From: an uncultured Bacteroidia bacterium
GTDB lineage: Bacteria > Bacteroidota > Bacteroidia > JAIBAJ01
Direction of reading: 5' to 3'
Length of the DNA stretch: 64,000 bases
Assembly (NCBI GenBank): GCA_965284645.1
Contig: OZ260106.1
Location: 2,328,962-2,392,961 of the forward strand
A program made the translations under genes and the position numbers. Below the pieces are notes generated by a model. The model was not told the DNA's origin. It made no database searches and saw nothing but the letters and a program-made list of their open reading frames with translations. Below are positions 1 through 9,773 of this stretch, piece by piece (the stretch's first letter is position 1; each line of letters starts with the position of its first letter).

Positions 1-90
1 CTGCAAGTCCTCGGTATGCTCCGTGCCTACGCATCCCTGTGGGCTTTACGCTTCTATCCTTGCCCGATACCTGTTTACCTGGGTTTGGGT
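1..90 (-). repeat. Family-1 structured intergenic repeat, copy A (truncated by window start, reverse orientation)
   Basis: Near-identical to 39185-39283 and to the reverse complement of 18830-18900 (core 'gggcaaggatagag...cccacagggatgcgtaggcacggagca...ccgaggact'). Confidence 0.8.
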
Positions 91-124
91 GAAATTTACA
101 CCTTGGGATTTTTAACCTAAATTC

Positions 125-200
125 CGCATTAGAATGGCATAAGTGATTAACCAGTTGTAAATCAATTTTGTTTTACCAATTATGCATTGGTTAGTTGATG
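125..200 (+). repeat. Family-2 repeat, partial copy (5' hairpin module)
   Basis: 'cgcattagaa...gattaaccagttgtaaatcaattt' matches 9636-9690 and 35867-35890. Confidence 0.6.
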
Positions 201-320
201 CTATTCAAGTAATAGGTATTTGAAAATTCAATAATATGGGTGAAAAATGGTCTTTGTATTTCAATTTGCCACTATGGGATGAAAAGCAATGGCCCAGCTA
301 CAGTAGAATGTTATGCGGAG

Positions 321-483
321 GTGTCGGGCAAGGATAGAGCGTGATACCCCGCAAGCTTGCAGCCCCCGGGCATTTTCGGGGGCTGCAAGCTGAGGAGTAT
401 TAGCGAAAGCCTGACCCAACCGCCCTGGTAAATGGTTTATTCAAACGCAAATGGTTTTTGGCGGTTGGGGGCCCGCCAAATCT
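321..483 (+). repeat. Family-1 repeat, copy B (variant internal segment, conserved ends and 3' hairpin)
   Basis: 5' 'gggcaaggatagag' and 3' 'agcgaaagcctgacccaaccgccc...tttttggcggttgggggcccgccaaa' are shared with the other copies; the middle is replaced by a different perfect hairpin 'gcagcccccgggcattttcgggggctgc'. Confidence 0.75.
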
Positions 484-581
484 AAATTTTACAAGGTAAA
501 TTACTTGTCCTATAGCTACTTAAAATATCTTGAAGGCTCTTGGTTTTACAAGCAATCCAAAATGCTATGGATAATTTTAGC

Positions 582-1703
582 TTAATCTGCTTTGTTTTTC
601 AGTTCCATCAGAAGGGTGTAAGCGGATTGAATGACAATTGTTTCTTTTTCCAAGGATGCTCCATTTTTAATTTCAACCCATTTCCCTTCTTTTTCGCCAA
701 TCTCTACAGGCACTAGAACAAAATTGTTATTTCGCTTAACAAATACACAGTTTCGCCCGTCAAAAAACAATACAGATTCCTCGGGTAATGCTAAACTTTG
801 CATGTCCTTTAATTGAATATCTGCATTCATATACATCCCTGGTAGTAGACTTTTGTCATAGTTTTCAAAATGGCAATGAACCTCAGCTGTGCGGTCTTCG
901 GCAATATCTTGGCTGATAAGAATTATTTCACATAAATATTTTTTGTTTGGATTGGAATTCGTGTAGGCCATTAACTTTTGACCAATTTCAAGTTGAATTA
1001 AATCTTTCTCAAAAACCTTCAAATTGAGGTGTATATCATTGGGGTTTACCAACTCAAATAGTACGTCCGATGGGTTAACATATTTACCGATGTTCACATT
1101 AACTTTAGAAACAAACCCATCAAATGGCGCTTTAATCGTAATACTTTTTGAAATATTTTGCTCTGATAGTTTTTCTGGATCAATCGCAATTAAACGTAGT
1201 TTTTGCTCCAGTGCACTTAAATTGATTTTTAAACTTAGGTAGTCGGCTTTTGCTTGTTGAAAAACCTTGTCGCTGCTAGCTTTGCTTTGATTCAGCTCAA
1301 GTTGGCGTTTGTATTCTTTTTCAGCCATTTCTATTCTTGCTTGGGTAATTAAATAGTCCTGCTGAAGCTGAATGTATTGTTGATCCTCCAATACGGCAAT
1401 CACATCGCCTTTGGCTAAATGCATTCCGGGAAGTAGTTTGGTGGATTTTAAATACCCACCTAACGGTGTACTTACCGAAAGGAGGTTTTGCGGCGGAACA
1501 TCGATTTTTCCATTTACTTTAAGGGTGCTTGATAATTGTCGTTTTTCAATTTTACCCAAAGTGATTTTTGATTCCTGAATTTGCTTCTCGTTTAAAACTA
1601 AGATGGAATCATTTTCGCTTGTTGCTTGAGTTTGGGTTTCGGTATTAGGTGATTGGCAAGCCTGAAGAAAAAGCAGGGCCAAAAGTATATAGCTGTAATG
1701 CAT
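582..1703 (-). CDS. Efflux RND periplasmic adaptor (HlyD/CzcB-type membrane fusion protein), lipoprotein
   Basis: 373 aa with an N-terminal lipobox ('LLALLFLQAC'), coiled-coil and beta-barrel MFP layout. Start overlaps the stop of the upstream RND gene. Confidence 0.85.
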   Translation of the reverse strand: MHYSYILLALLFLQACQSPNTETQTQATSENDSILVLNEKQIQESKITLGKIEKRQLSSTLKVNGKIDVPPQNLLSVSTPLGGYLKSTKLLPGMHLAKGDVIAVLEDQQYIQLQQDYLITQARIEMAEKEYKRQLELNQSKASSDKVFQQAKADYLSLKINLSALEQKLRLIAIDPEKLSEQNISKSITIKAPFDGFVSKVNVNIGKYVNPSDVLFELVNPNDIHLNLKVFEKDLIQLEIGQKLMAYTNSNPNKKYLCEIILISQDIAEDRTAEVHCHFENYDKSLLPGMYMNADIQLKDMQSLALPEESVLFFDGRNCVFVKRNNNFVLVPVEIGEKEGKWVEIKNGASLEKETIVIQSAYTLLMELKNKAD

Positions 1704-1704
1704 G

Positions 1705-4700
1705 TTATTGTGCGTTTAAATAGGTTACTTGAATGGCGTAGAAATTGTATAATTCGATGGCTGCTAAATAATTAAGTTTGATTTCAAGGGCTTGTTTTTG
1801 TAAGCTTGCCCAATCCAAATAATTTATTTCACCGGCGCTCAGTTGTTTTTGAGAAAGCAAAAGGATTTGTTCGGCATCCAAGCTTTGGTGTTCCTCTAGG
1901 TAACTCAGTTGTTCCTGGCAAAGCTTAAGTTGGTTACTTGCCAATTTTAGTTTGTTTTTCAAATAGGCTTTTTCCCATGATTCTTTGTTTTGGGCTATTT
2001 TTAGCTTAGTTTCCAAGGCTTTGGTATAGGCCTTGTTTGCCCCAAAAAACAAGGGAACCCCAAGTCCGATTTGATAGGATGTAAACCTGTTTTTTGAGGT
2101 ATATAAATTATTGTCAGGCCCAATTCCTCTGAAACTTTGGTTAGTTATCCCCAAATTTATGGATGGCAATTGCTGAGATTTCTGCAATAAAACCTTCGAT
2201 TTAGCTAAATCTATCTCCTTCTCTAACCTTTCTTGAAAGGGATGCGCTCCGTTTTTTGAAAGGGAATCAGCTAAAAATTTAATTCCTTTGAAACGGGGCA
2301 CAAGTCTTTTCTGACAATTGATGAGTAACTGAAAGCCTAACAAGCAATTTTCTTTATCCAGTTGAAGCTGTTGTTTTTGAAGATGCAAGTTGCCAACAAA
2401 TAGGTCGGCATAGGATTTTTCCAACGCATTGCTTTCCCCTTTTTCAAACCGCAATTGAGCTTTTTGTGCAAATTCCTTCGCAATACTGTCGGTTTTTTCC
2501 AAAACATTTTCCTTTTCTATCAAAACCAAATACCTGAAAAATTGTTCTTCTACAAGCCTTGTCAGTTCCAAATCGTTCAATTGTTTAGCTAACTGCAATA
2601 ATTGACTTTCTTGGGTTAGGACTAGCTTTTGCCGGGTATAGATCATTGGCAAACTGAATCCTTGGCTAAGTGTCAATCGGCTGTCAGGGAAAACGCTGTT
2701 TATATTTCCACCTTCGAACGAAAGGGAGGTTGAATTTGGATTGAAGGCCGTTTTTTCTAAACTTTTTTGGTATTCTTGTTCTAAACTTTGGTTTCTGCTG
2801 CTCCAATGGTTTTTTAATGCCGAATCAATACTGCTTTTTAAGTCGATTGTTTGGGATTTGGCGTTTAAGCTAAAACCAAGGAAAAGGATGGCCATAGCCA
2901 ATGAGGAGGGGTTCAACTTTCGAGGCTCTAGACGATCAAGTAAAATATAAAGAATAGGCAATACAAACAAGGTAAGAAAGGTTGCTAAAAGCAAGCCTCC
3001 AATTACAACAGTTGCCAAGGGCCTTTGCACTTCTGCGCCTGAACCATTGCTCATGGCCATGGGTAAAAAACCTAAGGATGCAACAAATGCTGTCATTAAA
3101 ACTGGCCTTAACCTCAACTTGGTTCCAATAAGAATAATGCGATAAATATTGGAGTGTCCTAGTTGTTTCAATCGATTGAATTCAGAAATCAAAACAATAC
3201 CATTCAGAACAGCCACCCCGAACAAAGCAATAAAGCCAACACCAGCGCTAATACTAAAAGGCATTCCACGCAAGGCAAGAAAGAAAATCCCACCAATGGC
3301 AGATAACGGAATCGCTGAATAAATCAATAAACCTTGTTTGACTGAATTAAAAGCAAAAAACAAAAGAATAAACACCAGCAACAAGGATATTGGCACAGCA
3401 ATGGAAAGTCGTTTCTTGGCCTCATTTAGGTTCTCAAAAGTGCCTCCATAACGAATGAAATATCCTGGAGGGAGTTTGATTTCTTTTTCAACCTTGGCTT
3501 GTAGTTCTTCAACTACGGTCTGAACATCTTTTTTCCTCACATTAAAACCTACAACTATTCTTCGTTTGGTGTCTTCTCTTTGGATTTGATTTGGGCCATT
3601 GATTGTTTCCACTTTGGCCAATTGTTGCAAAGGGATTTGGGTGCCGTTTGAAGCTTGTATCAAAAGGTTTTTAATGTTTTGGGCATCCATTCGCAAATTG
3701 GGTGAAAGTCGAGCTACCATATCAAATCTTTTTTCCCCTTCATTCACCGTGCCTGCACTTTGTCCGGCAAAGGCAGTATTTACGATTTTATTTACCTCCG
3801 AAATGGATAAATTGTATTGGGCTAAAACGGCCCTATTGTATTGAATTACAACCTGTGGCATTCCATTGATGGGCTCCAAATACAGGTCTTGGGTTCCTTC
3901 AACGGTTTCGATGGTCTTGGCTAATTTTGTTCCAAGGGCGGCCAAGCTATCCAAGTTCTCTCCAAATATTTTACAAACAACATCTTGTCGGGCTCCAGTC
4001 ATTAGTTCGTTGAATCGCATTTGAACAGGATATTGAAATCCTGTTGTTATTCCTGGGACTTCCTCCAAAGCCGCACTCATTTTTTCTGCCAGTTCATTAA
4101 AGGTCGATGCAGAGGTCCATTCGCTTTTATCCTTTAAAATTACCATTAAATCGGCTGCTTCCAAAGGCATTGGGTCTGTAGGAATTTCGCCACTTCCAAT
4201 TTTAGTCACAACCTTTTCTACTTCCGGAAACTTGGTCTTTAAAATACCGGCTGCTTTTTGGGTATAGGCAATGGATGTGGAAAGGCTGCTGCCAGTTAGC
4301 AAACGGGTTTCTACAGCAAAATCGCCTTCTTCCAATGCGGGAATAAATTCTCCTCCCATATTGAATAGAATACCTAGGCTTATTGCAAACAAAACAAGTA
4401 CAGTTGCCACAACCCATTTTAGCCGATGCAAGGATTTTAGCAAGGCCATTTGGTACCATTTTTCAATTTTAGCCATCATTTTGTCTGAAAAAGTTGGTTC
4501 ATGCTTGATTTTCTTGCTTAAAACTAAGGAGGTCATCATTGGTACATAGGTCAAGCTTAGGATAAAGGCACCAATAAGAGCGAACGAAACGGTTTGAGCC
4601 ATGGGTTTGAACATTTTACCCTCGATCCCACTTAAACTTAAAATAGGCAAATAGACAATCAAAATAATAACCTGTCCAAAAACGGCACTGTTCATCATTT

Positions 4701-6039
4701 TGCTTGCACTTTTATTGACTTGGCTATCCATTTCAGGTTGGTTTAATTGTGTTTGGAAACCAATTTTGGGGCTATTTGAAATTTGGTGCATGGCCGCCTC
4801 CACAATAATAACAGCTCCATCCACGATTAATCCAAAATCTAAGGCTCCCAAGCTCATTAGGTTTCCGCTTACCTTAAACAGATTCATCAAGATAATAGCA
4901 AACAACATGGCTAAAGGAATAACCGAGGCCACAACCAAACCGGCTCTAAAATTTCCTAAAAACAAAACCAATATAAATACCACAATTAACGCTCCTTCTA
5001 GAAGGTTTTTTTCAACAGTAGATATGGCATTGTTTACCATTTTGGATCGATCTAAAAATGGTTCGATTATCACCCCTTGAGGTAATGTTTTTTGAATATT
5101 GGTTATTTCTTTTTTTACTCGTTTGATTACCTCTGAACTATTTTCTCCTTTTAGCATCATCACAACAGCACCAGCTACTTCGCCTTCGTCGTTATAACAT
5201 AAAGCGCCATAACGGATAGCATGTGAAATATTCACTTGGGCTACATCCCTTATTCGAATAGGAATTCCATTGGGTGTGTTTTGTATGTTTATTTCTTCGA
5301 TATCGGTTTTGGAGGTCAATAATCCTTCGGTTCGGATAAACAACACCGAAGGCCCTTGTTCAATATAAGCTCCTCCTGTATTTTGGTTATTGTTTTCGAG
5401 GGCATTGAAAACATCCGATATGCTTAAGCCAAAGGCATGCAAATTGTTAGGGTTAATGGCAATTTCATATTGTTTGAGTTTGCCACCAAAACTGCTTACA
5501 TCAGCCACTCCTTTTACATTTAACAGTTGTCTCCTTACAATCCAATCCTGAATGGTTCGTAGTTCAGTTTCGTTGTATTTTGATTCATAACCTTTCTTTG
5601 GTCTTATTACATATTGGTAAATTTCCCCTAACCCTGTTGTAATAGGCCCCAGTTCGGGCTTCCCAATGCTTGCAGGTATTTGCGATTGTATCTGTCCCAA
5701 TCTTTCCGATACTTGTTGCCTTGCCCAAAACACATCTGTATGATCATCAAATACAATGGTTACTAGAGAAAGACCAAATCGAGAAAAACTCCTTATTTCA
5801 GTTTTGCCGGGAATATTGCTAACTGCTTGTTCAATTGGATAGGTAACAAGCCGTTCAATATCAGGGGCTCCATAAGATGGTGCCATGGTGATGATTTGTA
5901 CCTGATTGTTAGTAATATCTGGAACGGCATCAATTGGAAGCCTATATGCTTCGAACAGACCATATATGACCAAGGCAAAAGTCAAAAGGCCTACAATGAG
6001 TTTTTGGCGGATGGAAAACGCTATAATGGAATTCAACAT
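1705..6039 (-). CDS. CzcA/CusA-family heavy-metal efflux RND permease (about 1048 aa) fused in frame to a TolC/CzcC-like outer-membrane factor (396 aa)
   Basis: N-terminus is a typical CzcA ('AVPDITNNQVQI...'). The C-terminal 396 aa are OMF-like and begin with a signal-peptide-like 'MAILFLGFSLNAKSQ' at an internal ATG (2893-2895). No stop codon lies between the two parts. Confidence 0.8.
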   Translation of the reverse strand: MLNSIIAFSIRQKLIVGLLTFALVIYGLFEAYRLPIDAVPDITNNQVQIITMAPSYGAPDIERLVTYPIEQAVSNIPGKTEIRSFSRFGLSLVTIVFDDHTDVFWARQQVSERLGQIQSQIPASIGKPELGPITTGLGEIYQYVIRPKKGYESKYNETELRTIQDWIVRRQLLNVKGVADVSSFGGKLKQYEIAINPNNLHAFGLSISDVFNALENNNQNTGGAYIEQGPSVLFIRTEGLLTSKTDIEEINIQNTPNGIPIRIRDVAQVNISHAIRYGALCYNDEGEVAGAVVMMLKGENSSEVIKRVKKEITNIQKTLPQGVIIEPFLDRSKMVNNAISTVEKNLLEGALIVVFILVLFLGNFRAGLVVASVIPLAMLFAIILMNLFKVSGNLMSLGALDFGLIVDGAVIIVEAAMHQISNSPKIGFQTQLNQPEMDSQVNKSASKMMNSAVFGQVIILIVYLPILSLSGIEGKMFKPMAQTVSFALIGAFILSLTYVPMMTSLVLSKKIKHEPTFSDKMMAKIEKWYQMALLKSLHRLKWVVATVLVLFAISLGILFNMGGEFIPALEEGDFAVETRLLTGSSLSTSIAYTQKAAGILKTKFPEVEKVVTKIGSGEIPTDPMPLEAADLMVILKDKSEWTSASTFNELAEKMSAALEEVPGITTGFQYPVQMRFNELMTGARQDVVCKIFGENLDSLAALGTKLAKTIETVEGTQDLYLEPINGMPQVVIQYNRAVLAQYNLSISEVNKIVNTAFAGQSAGTVNEGEKRFDMVARLSPNLRMDAQNIKNLLIQASNGTQIPLQQLAKVETINGPNQIQREDTKRRIVVGFNVRKKDVQTVVEELQAKVEKEIKLPPGYFIRYGGTFENLNEAKKRLSIAVPISLLLVFILLFFAFNSVKQGLLIYSAIPLSAIGGIFFLALRGMPFSISAGVGFIALFGVAVLNGIVLISEFNRLKQLGHSNIYRIILIGTKLRLRPVLMTAFVASLGFLPMAMSNGSGAEVQRPLATVVIGGLLLATFLTLFVLPILYILLDRLEPRKLNPSSLAMAILFLGFSLNAKSQTIDLKSSIDSALKNHWSSRNQSLEQEYQKSLEKTAFNPNSTSLSFEGGNINSVFPDSRLTLSQGFSLPMIYTRQKLVLTQESQLLQLAKQLNDLELTRLVEEQFFRYLVLIEKENVLEKTDSIAKEFAQKAQLRFEKGESNALEKSYADLFVGNLHLQKQQLQLDKENCLLGFQLLINCQKRLVPRFKGIKFLADSLSKNGAHPFQERLEKEIDLAKSKVLLQKSQQLPSINLGITNQSFRGIGPDNNLYTSKNRFTSYQIGLGVPLFFGANKAYTKALETKLKIAQNKESWEKAYLKNKLKLASNQLKLCQEQLSYLEEHQSLDAEQILLLSQKQLSAGEINYLDWASLQKQALEIKLNYLAAIELYNFYAIQVTYLNAQ

Positions 6040-6295
6040 GACATAAAGTTTTAAAAGTGAGCAATAGCCCTAGTAAATTCAATAAGGCAAGGAGTGGTTT
6101 ACTCTAAGGCAAAAGATGATTTTTATCCGAACAGCTTGATTTAGTTGAGTTTACCTCACCCTAATGAAATTTAGGATAGAAATTGTAGGGCTTTTTTTCG
6201 GTTTAACAACCAAGGCAAGAGGCCAACAGTGAAAAGTTTTATCCTAGTTGCAATCGAATGAAAGCAAAGGAATAAATAGTCCAATTATTCCACTT

Positions 6296-6420
6296 AACCT
6301 AAATTAATTAATAGAAAGATTGATTAATCTGAACTACTAAATTAAGTTGGGTTAACCCCTCCCAAAACATTTTAGGAAAGCAGTTATAATCAATATTGTT
6401 TGGAAATCGATTATAACTGC
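6296..6420 (-). repeat. Family-2 repeat, reverse copy with a perfect 12-bp-stem hairpin
   Basis: 'aaattaattaatagaaagattgattaatctgaactactaaattaagttgggttaacccc' is the reverse complement of the 9715-9773 module. Hairpin 'gcagttataatc...gattataactgc' at 6380-6420. Confidence 0.7.
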
Positions 6421-6577
6421 TTTATTCGTTTAGGCATTTCTAAAGCATAAACTGGGCTATAGCACCATAGTATAAATTATGCAGACTTCCTCAGTTAGGA
6501 AAACTATTCAGTCTATGCCAATTGAACTAATTGGGGGTTGCTCTAAATATCAGCTTACAATTATCTTCGGAATTTAC

Positions 6578-6949
6578 CTATTGCGGACAACCGTTTTTTA
6601 CCCAACAATCCAATTTGTTGATGATGTCTGCTGACATTTGAGGTTCACCTTCAGGCATTGCCTTTACCCCACTTCCATGGTGAATGGCAATTAGATTATC
6701 ATCGTTGTTCAAAAATTGATTACTGGCAGAGGCATAGGTTGAAAGGTTTATACCCGCTTCTGATGAAGATGCATTATGGCATCCTCCTAGTGCGCATCGC
6801 GTGTTTAAGATAGCGGCTATATCATTCGTATAGGTTGGTGTGGTACCTGTGCAGGTAGCCTGAGCAGCGTAATCAGTTGTGTCTTTTTTACAAGCCTGCA
6901 AAACGATTAGAACTAAAAGTAGCGCAAAGCCCAAATATTGAAGTTTCAT
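6578..6949 (-). CDS. Small Cys-containing lipoprotein, hypothetical (possible metal/heme-binding, CX4CH)
   Basis: 123 aa with a lipobox ('LVLIVLQAC'), a 'CALGGCH' motif and a C-terminal CxxxxxC. Sits next to the metal-efflux locus. Confidence 0.45.
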   Translation of the reverse strand: MKLQYLGFALLLVLIVLQACKKDTTDYAAQATCTGTTPTYTNDIAAILNTRCALGGCHNASSSEAGINLSTYASASNQFLNNDDNLIAIHHGSGVKAMPEGEPQMSADIINKLDCWVKNGCPQ

Positions 6950-7007
6950 TGTTTGATTTTTTAAGTTGTAATTGGAAAAGTTTTAGAGGGTTCGATTTAA
7001 AAATCAA

Positions 7008-7313
7008 CTATGAAACGCGGGGTGGTTGCCAGATTTTGGATAAATAGTCAGATTGGTGTAAAAATTCAGCATTGGCCACGATTGGCTTTTGACTGGCTTG
7101 CTTAAATTCCCAAAAATGTATATTTTGAAGCTGAACGAAATGGATTCCAATTGTAGAGTAAGCCATTTCGGGATGCGATTTAAAAGGTAATTTCTGATCC
7201 TCCTGATCATGCCCTGAAAGATTGGAAGAATAATGTATTTGAAGGAAGTCCCAAATGCCTAAACCCGGATTTTCAGCTTGATGTACAAAGAAATGCTGAA
7301 CCAATTTAGGCAA
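7008..7313 (-). CDS. Hypothetical His-rich small protein (ORF may extend upstream to about 7400 with a non-ATG start)
   Basis: The reading frame stays open upstream through 'KKFVFIALTISYLSSATEFHELF', which is signal-peptide-like, but there is no ATG. Weak call. Confidence 0.25.
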   Translation of the reverse strand: MPKLVQHFFVHQAENPGLGIWDFLQIHYSSNLSGHDQEDQKLPFKSHPEMAYSTIGIHFVQLQNIHFWEFKQASQKPIVANAEFLHQSDYLSKIWQPPRVS

Positions 7314-7439
7314 TTTAAAAAGCTCATGAAACTCTGTCGCCGATGAAAGGTAACTAATGGTAAGCGCTATGAATACAAACTTTTTCAGAGTTCAAAAATA
7401 ATGAATTCAACCCTTGGACGAACAAATATTACCTAAGGT

Positions 7440-8507
7440 TTAATGTTTTTTTGTTTTTGAAAGCAATTGAAAGGAATCCAACCGAATTCTTTTCAGGCAA
7501 ATTCCTCCGTAGGGTAAAATTTTTCCTGTTTCAAATAGGATAAGGATGGATTCTTTGTCAATTTCTACCATGTCGCTGTAGGCTGCTTTTCCTGAATTTA
7601 CAACAATGGATTTTGACCAATCAGATTGCCTTGGCTCAATTCGATGAATTTGAAGGTTTTTTCTCCTTCGTTTATGGTGCGGATTGGAGAAAAGAATAGC
7701 TTCATTGGACAAGCCTAAAAAAGCCCCTTGGCAAATCGGTTCGAGTAGGGTCGAATCAAATTGACTGTTTTTCCAAGATTGTCCTCCGTTTGCACTAAAA
7801 CACTGTTTCCGATTGGGTAGAGTTCTATCCTGGTTGCGCATATTCATCCACAACAATCCATCCGTCCTTTCTACTAAAGTGCATTCATCGGTTTTGGATT
7901 CTGGTACATTTTCTCCTAATTTCCAGGTTTGACCGTGATCGTCGGAATAAATGGCATGGCTTTGATGAACAGTGCTTCCAATTAGGGTATGGTTACATGG
8001 AACAACCAAGCGATTCGCATAAGGTCCTCGCTTTACCTGTATCCCATGCACGGGGCCTGTAGCATACCATGCCCATTGTGAAGGTTTTACACTTGCCGTA
8101 ATTTCTTTCGGTTTTTCCCAAGTTTGACCATAATCTTGGCTTGAAAGTACATAAACTTTATCGTTGTTCAGGCAGGCAATAACCAATAAGGTTTGCGTTA
8201 CTTGGTCGAATATCGGAACAGGATTTCCGCATGTTTGTTGCCCTTCATCCCAAATTACCTGCAAAGCACTCCAGTTTTTTCCCTGATCCTTGGACACTTT
8301 CATGACCAAATCGATATTTCCATGGTCCATTAAACTCTGCCTGCCTTCACAGATCGCAACCAATTGCCCATTGGGTAAGGACACTACAGAAGGTATTCGA
8401 AACATGGGGTACCCGTCTCGGTGGTTTTTAAATAACCATTCCTTGTTTTCCTGCGAAAGAGTAAGAAAGGGCAAAATCAGAATAACTGAGAAAAGTGCAA
8501 TTTTCAT
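7440..8507 (-). CDS. BNR-repeat exo-alpha-sialidase / glycoside hydrolase (secreted)
   Basis: Four Asp-box motifs (SKDQGKNW, SQDYGQTW, SDDHGQTW, SANGGQSW) and an N-terminal signal peptide. Confidence 0.8.
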   Translation of the reverse strand: MKIALFSVILILPFLTLSQENKEWLFKNHRDGYPMFRIPSVVSLPNGQLVAICEGRQSLMDHGNIDLVMKVSKDQGKNWSALQVIWDEGQQTCGNPVPIFDQVTQTLLVIACLNNDKVYVLSSQDYGQTWEKPKEITASVKPSQWAWYATGPVHGIQVKRGPYANRLVVPCNHTLIGSTVHQSHAIYSDDHGQTWKLGENVPESKTDECTLVERTDGLLWMNMRNQDRTLPNRKQCFSANGGQSWKNSQFDSTLLEPICQGAFLGLSNEAILFSNPHHKRRRKNLQIHRIEPRQSDWSKSIVVNSGKAAYSDMVEIDKESILILFETGKILPYGGICLKRIRLDSFQLLSKTKKH

Positions 8508-8554
8508 TTTAGGATAGAGTGGGAGGAAAGTAGAGCAATTAATTCAGGCTAATG

Positions 8555-9490
8555 CTATTTTTCAATGCATAAGATGCTTACAAAGGGAGTGTTTGAAGTA
8601 AATAAAGTAAGAAAATAGAATCCAGAAGGAAGGGCGCTTAAATCAAGTGGAAAAGCTGGGTTTTCATTCCTATAAACAACTTGCCCTGAAAGGTCCGAAA
8701 CCTCCAAAGATTGCAAGGATGGAAGGTTGCCTTTACCTCTCAATTGAACAGGACCTGAAGTGGGATTTGGAAAAATGGTTAGGAAATCATTTGGCAGGGT
8801 TACAATACCCGAAAAAGGAGCTGGGATTTTGTTTGAACATGCAAAACCAGGACTTGGATACACACCTTCACCATTTATGGCGGCACATCCTAAATCATAC
8901 ATAGGGCTTTCTAAATCATAGGGAATAAAACTTCCAAACGAGGCAGAGCACCCAATTCCATCAATAAAGTATAGTTCAGTTAAATAGGGATTTTGAGGTA
9001 TTTGGAAAATAAATTTTCGGTGTGGTTGCAGCGCAAGGTCGAATAGGGTGTCTATTTCTATAAGAATTACTGAATAGGTTAAGGTGCTGTATAATATTCC
9101 CCAATCAGACGGAATGGTATCCCCGATGGATAAGGCATTCACATCAAAAAACAAAACCTCCCCAACATCTCTTTTTTGGTATATTTTCCCATCGGTAGTG
9201 CAACGCATGTAAAAAGAAAGAAAGGAAATACGCTGGGTATCGATTTCTCCAGAACTTAAAAAACTGGTTTGGAATTGTTCCGTGTAAATAGGCGAATAGG
9301 TTTTTCCTTCAAGCTCCAGATTAGAACTTGGACCTCGAAAAACCAAATGTTCTTCGCCTATGGTATTTTGGGTGGTAAAGGCATAATTCCAAAAGGCACT
9401 GTCAGCATCCAAGGGTAAGGGCAGAAATTGTCCTTTACAGCCTATACAGCTTAAAATGGATAAAAGAAAAATAGAAATACCTTTCAACAT
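8555..9490 (-). CDS. Secreted hypothetical protein with T9SS (Por) C-terminal sorting domain
   Basis: Signal peptide plus a C-terminus '...LSALPSGFYFLTLFTSNTPFVSILCIEK' typical of a type-A T9SS C-terminal domain. Confidence 0.7.
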   Translation of the reverse strand: MLKGISIFLLSILSCIGCKGQFLPLPLDADSAFWNYAFTTQNTIGEEHLVFRGPSSNLELEGKTYSPIYTEQFQTSFLSSGEIDTQRISFLSFYMRCTTDGKIYQKRDVGEVLFFDVNALSIGDTIPSDWGILYSTLTYSVILIEIDTLFDLALQPHRKFIFQIPQNPYLTELYFIDGIGCSASFGSFIPYDLESPMYDLGCAAINGEGVYPSPGFACSNKIPAPFSGIVTLPNDFLTIFPNPTSGPVQLRGKGNLPSLQSLEVSDLSGQVVYRNENPAFPLDLSALPSGFYFLTLFTSNTPFVSILCIEK

Positions 9491-9635
9491 CAGAACAGTT
9501 ACAAACGTAAATCAATGGATGCAAAGAAACAGGTTAGTTTTGAATAAAAGAGGTTTAGTCGCTATTCATCCGGTTTCAGCTTTCTAGGAAGGTTAATTTC
9601 TGTTGTGAATAAACTTTTGAAACAAACCCAGATTA

Positions 9636-9773
9636 CGCATTAGAAATACATAAACGATTAACCAGTTGTAAATCAATTTGTATGGCCAAATTGATAACAA
9701 CTGCTAAATCGGGGTAAACCCAACTAAATCAAGTAGTTCGGTTTAGTAAATCCTCCTATTGATTAATTTGGGA
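9636..9773 (+). repeat. Family-2 repeat, full copy (two imperfect hairpins)
   Basis: Hairpin 1 'cagttgtaaatcaattt/aaattgataacaactg'. Hairpin 2 'cccaactaaatcaag...ctattgattaatttggg'. Matches 35867-35993. Confidence 0.75.

Noticed and set aside
2741-5080. Antisense ORFs of 60-126 aa inside the czcA-OMF gene (2741-2950, 3599-3844, 4271-4549, 4700-5080 and others), and similar ones inside the PhoD-like gene (22881-23577)
   Set aside because: They are embedded in long, well-supported genes on the opposite strand, with low-complexity composition and no homology features.
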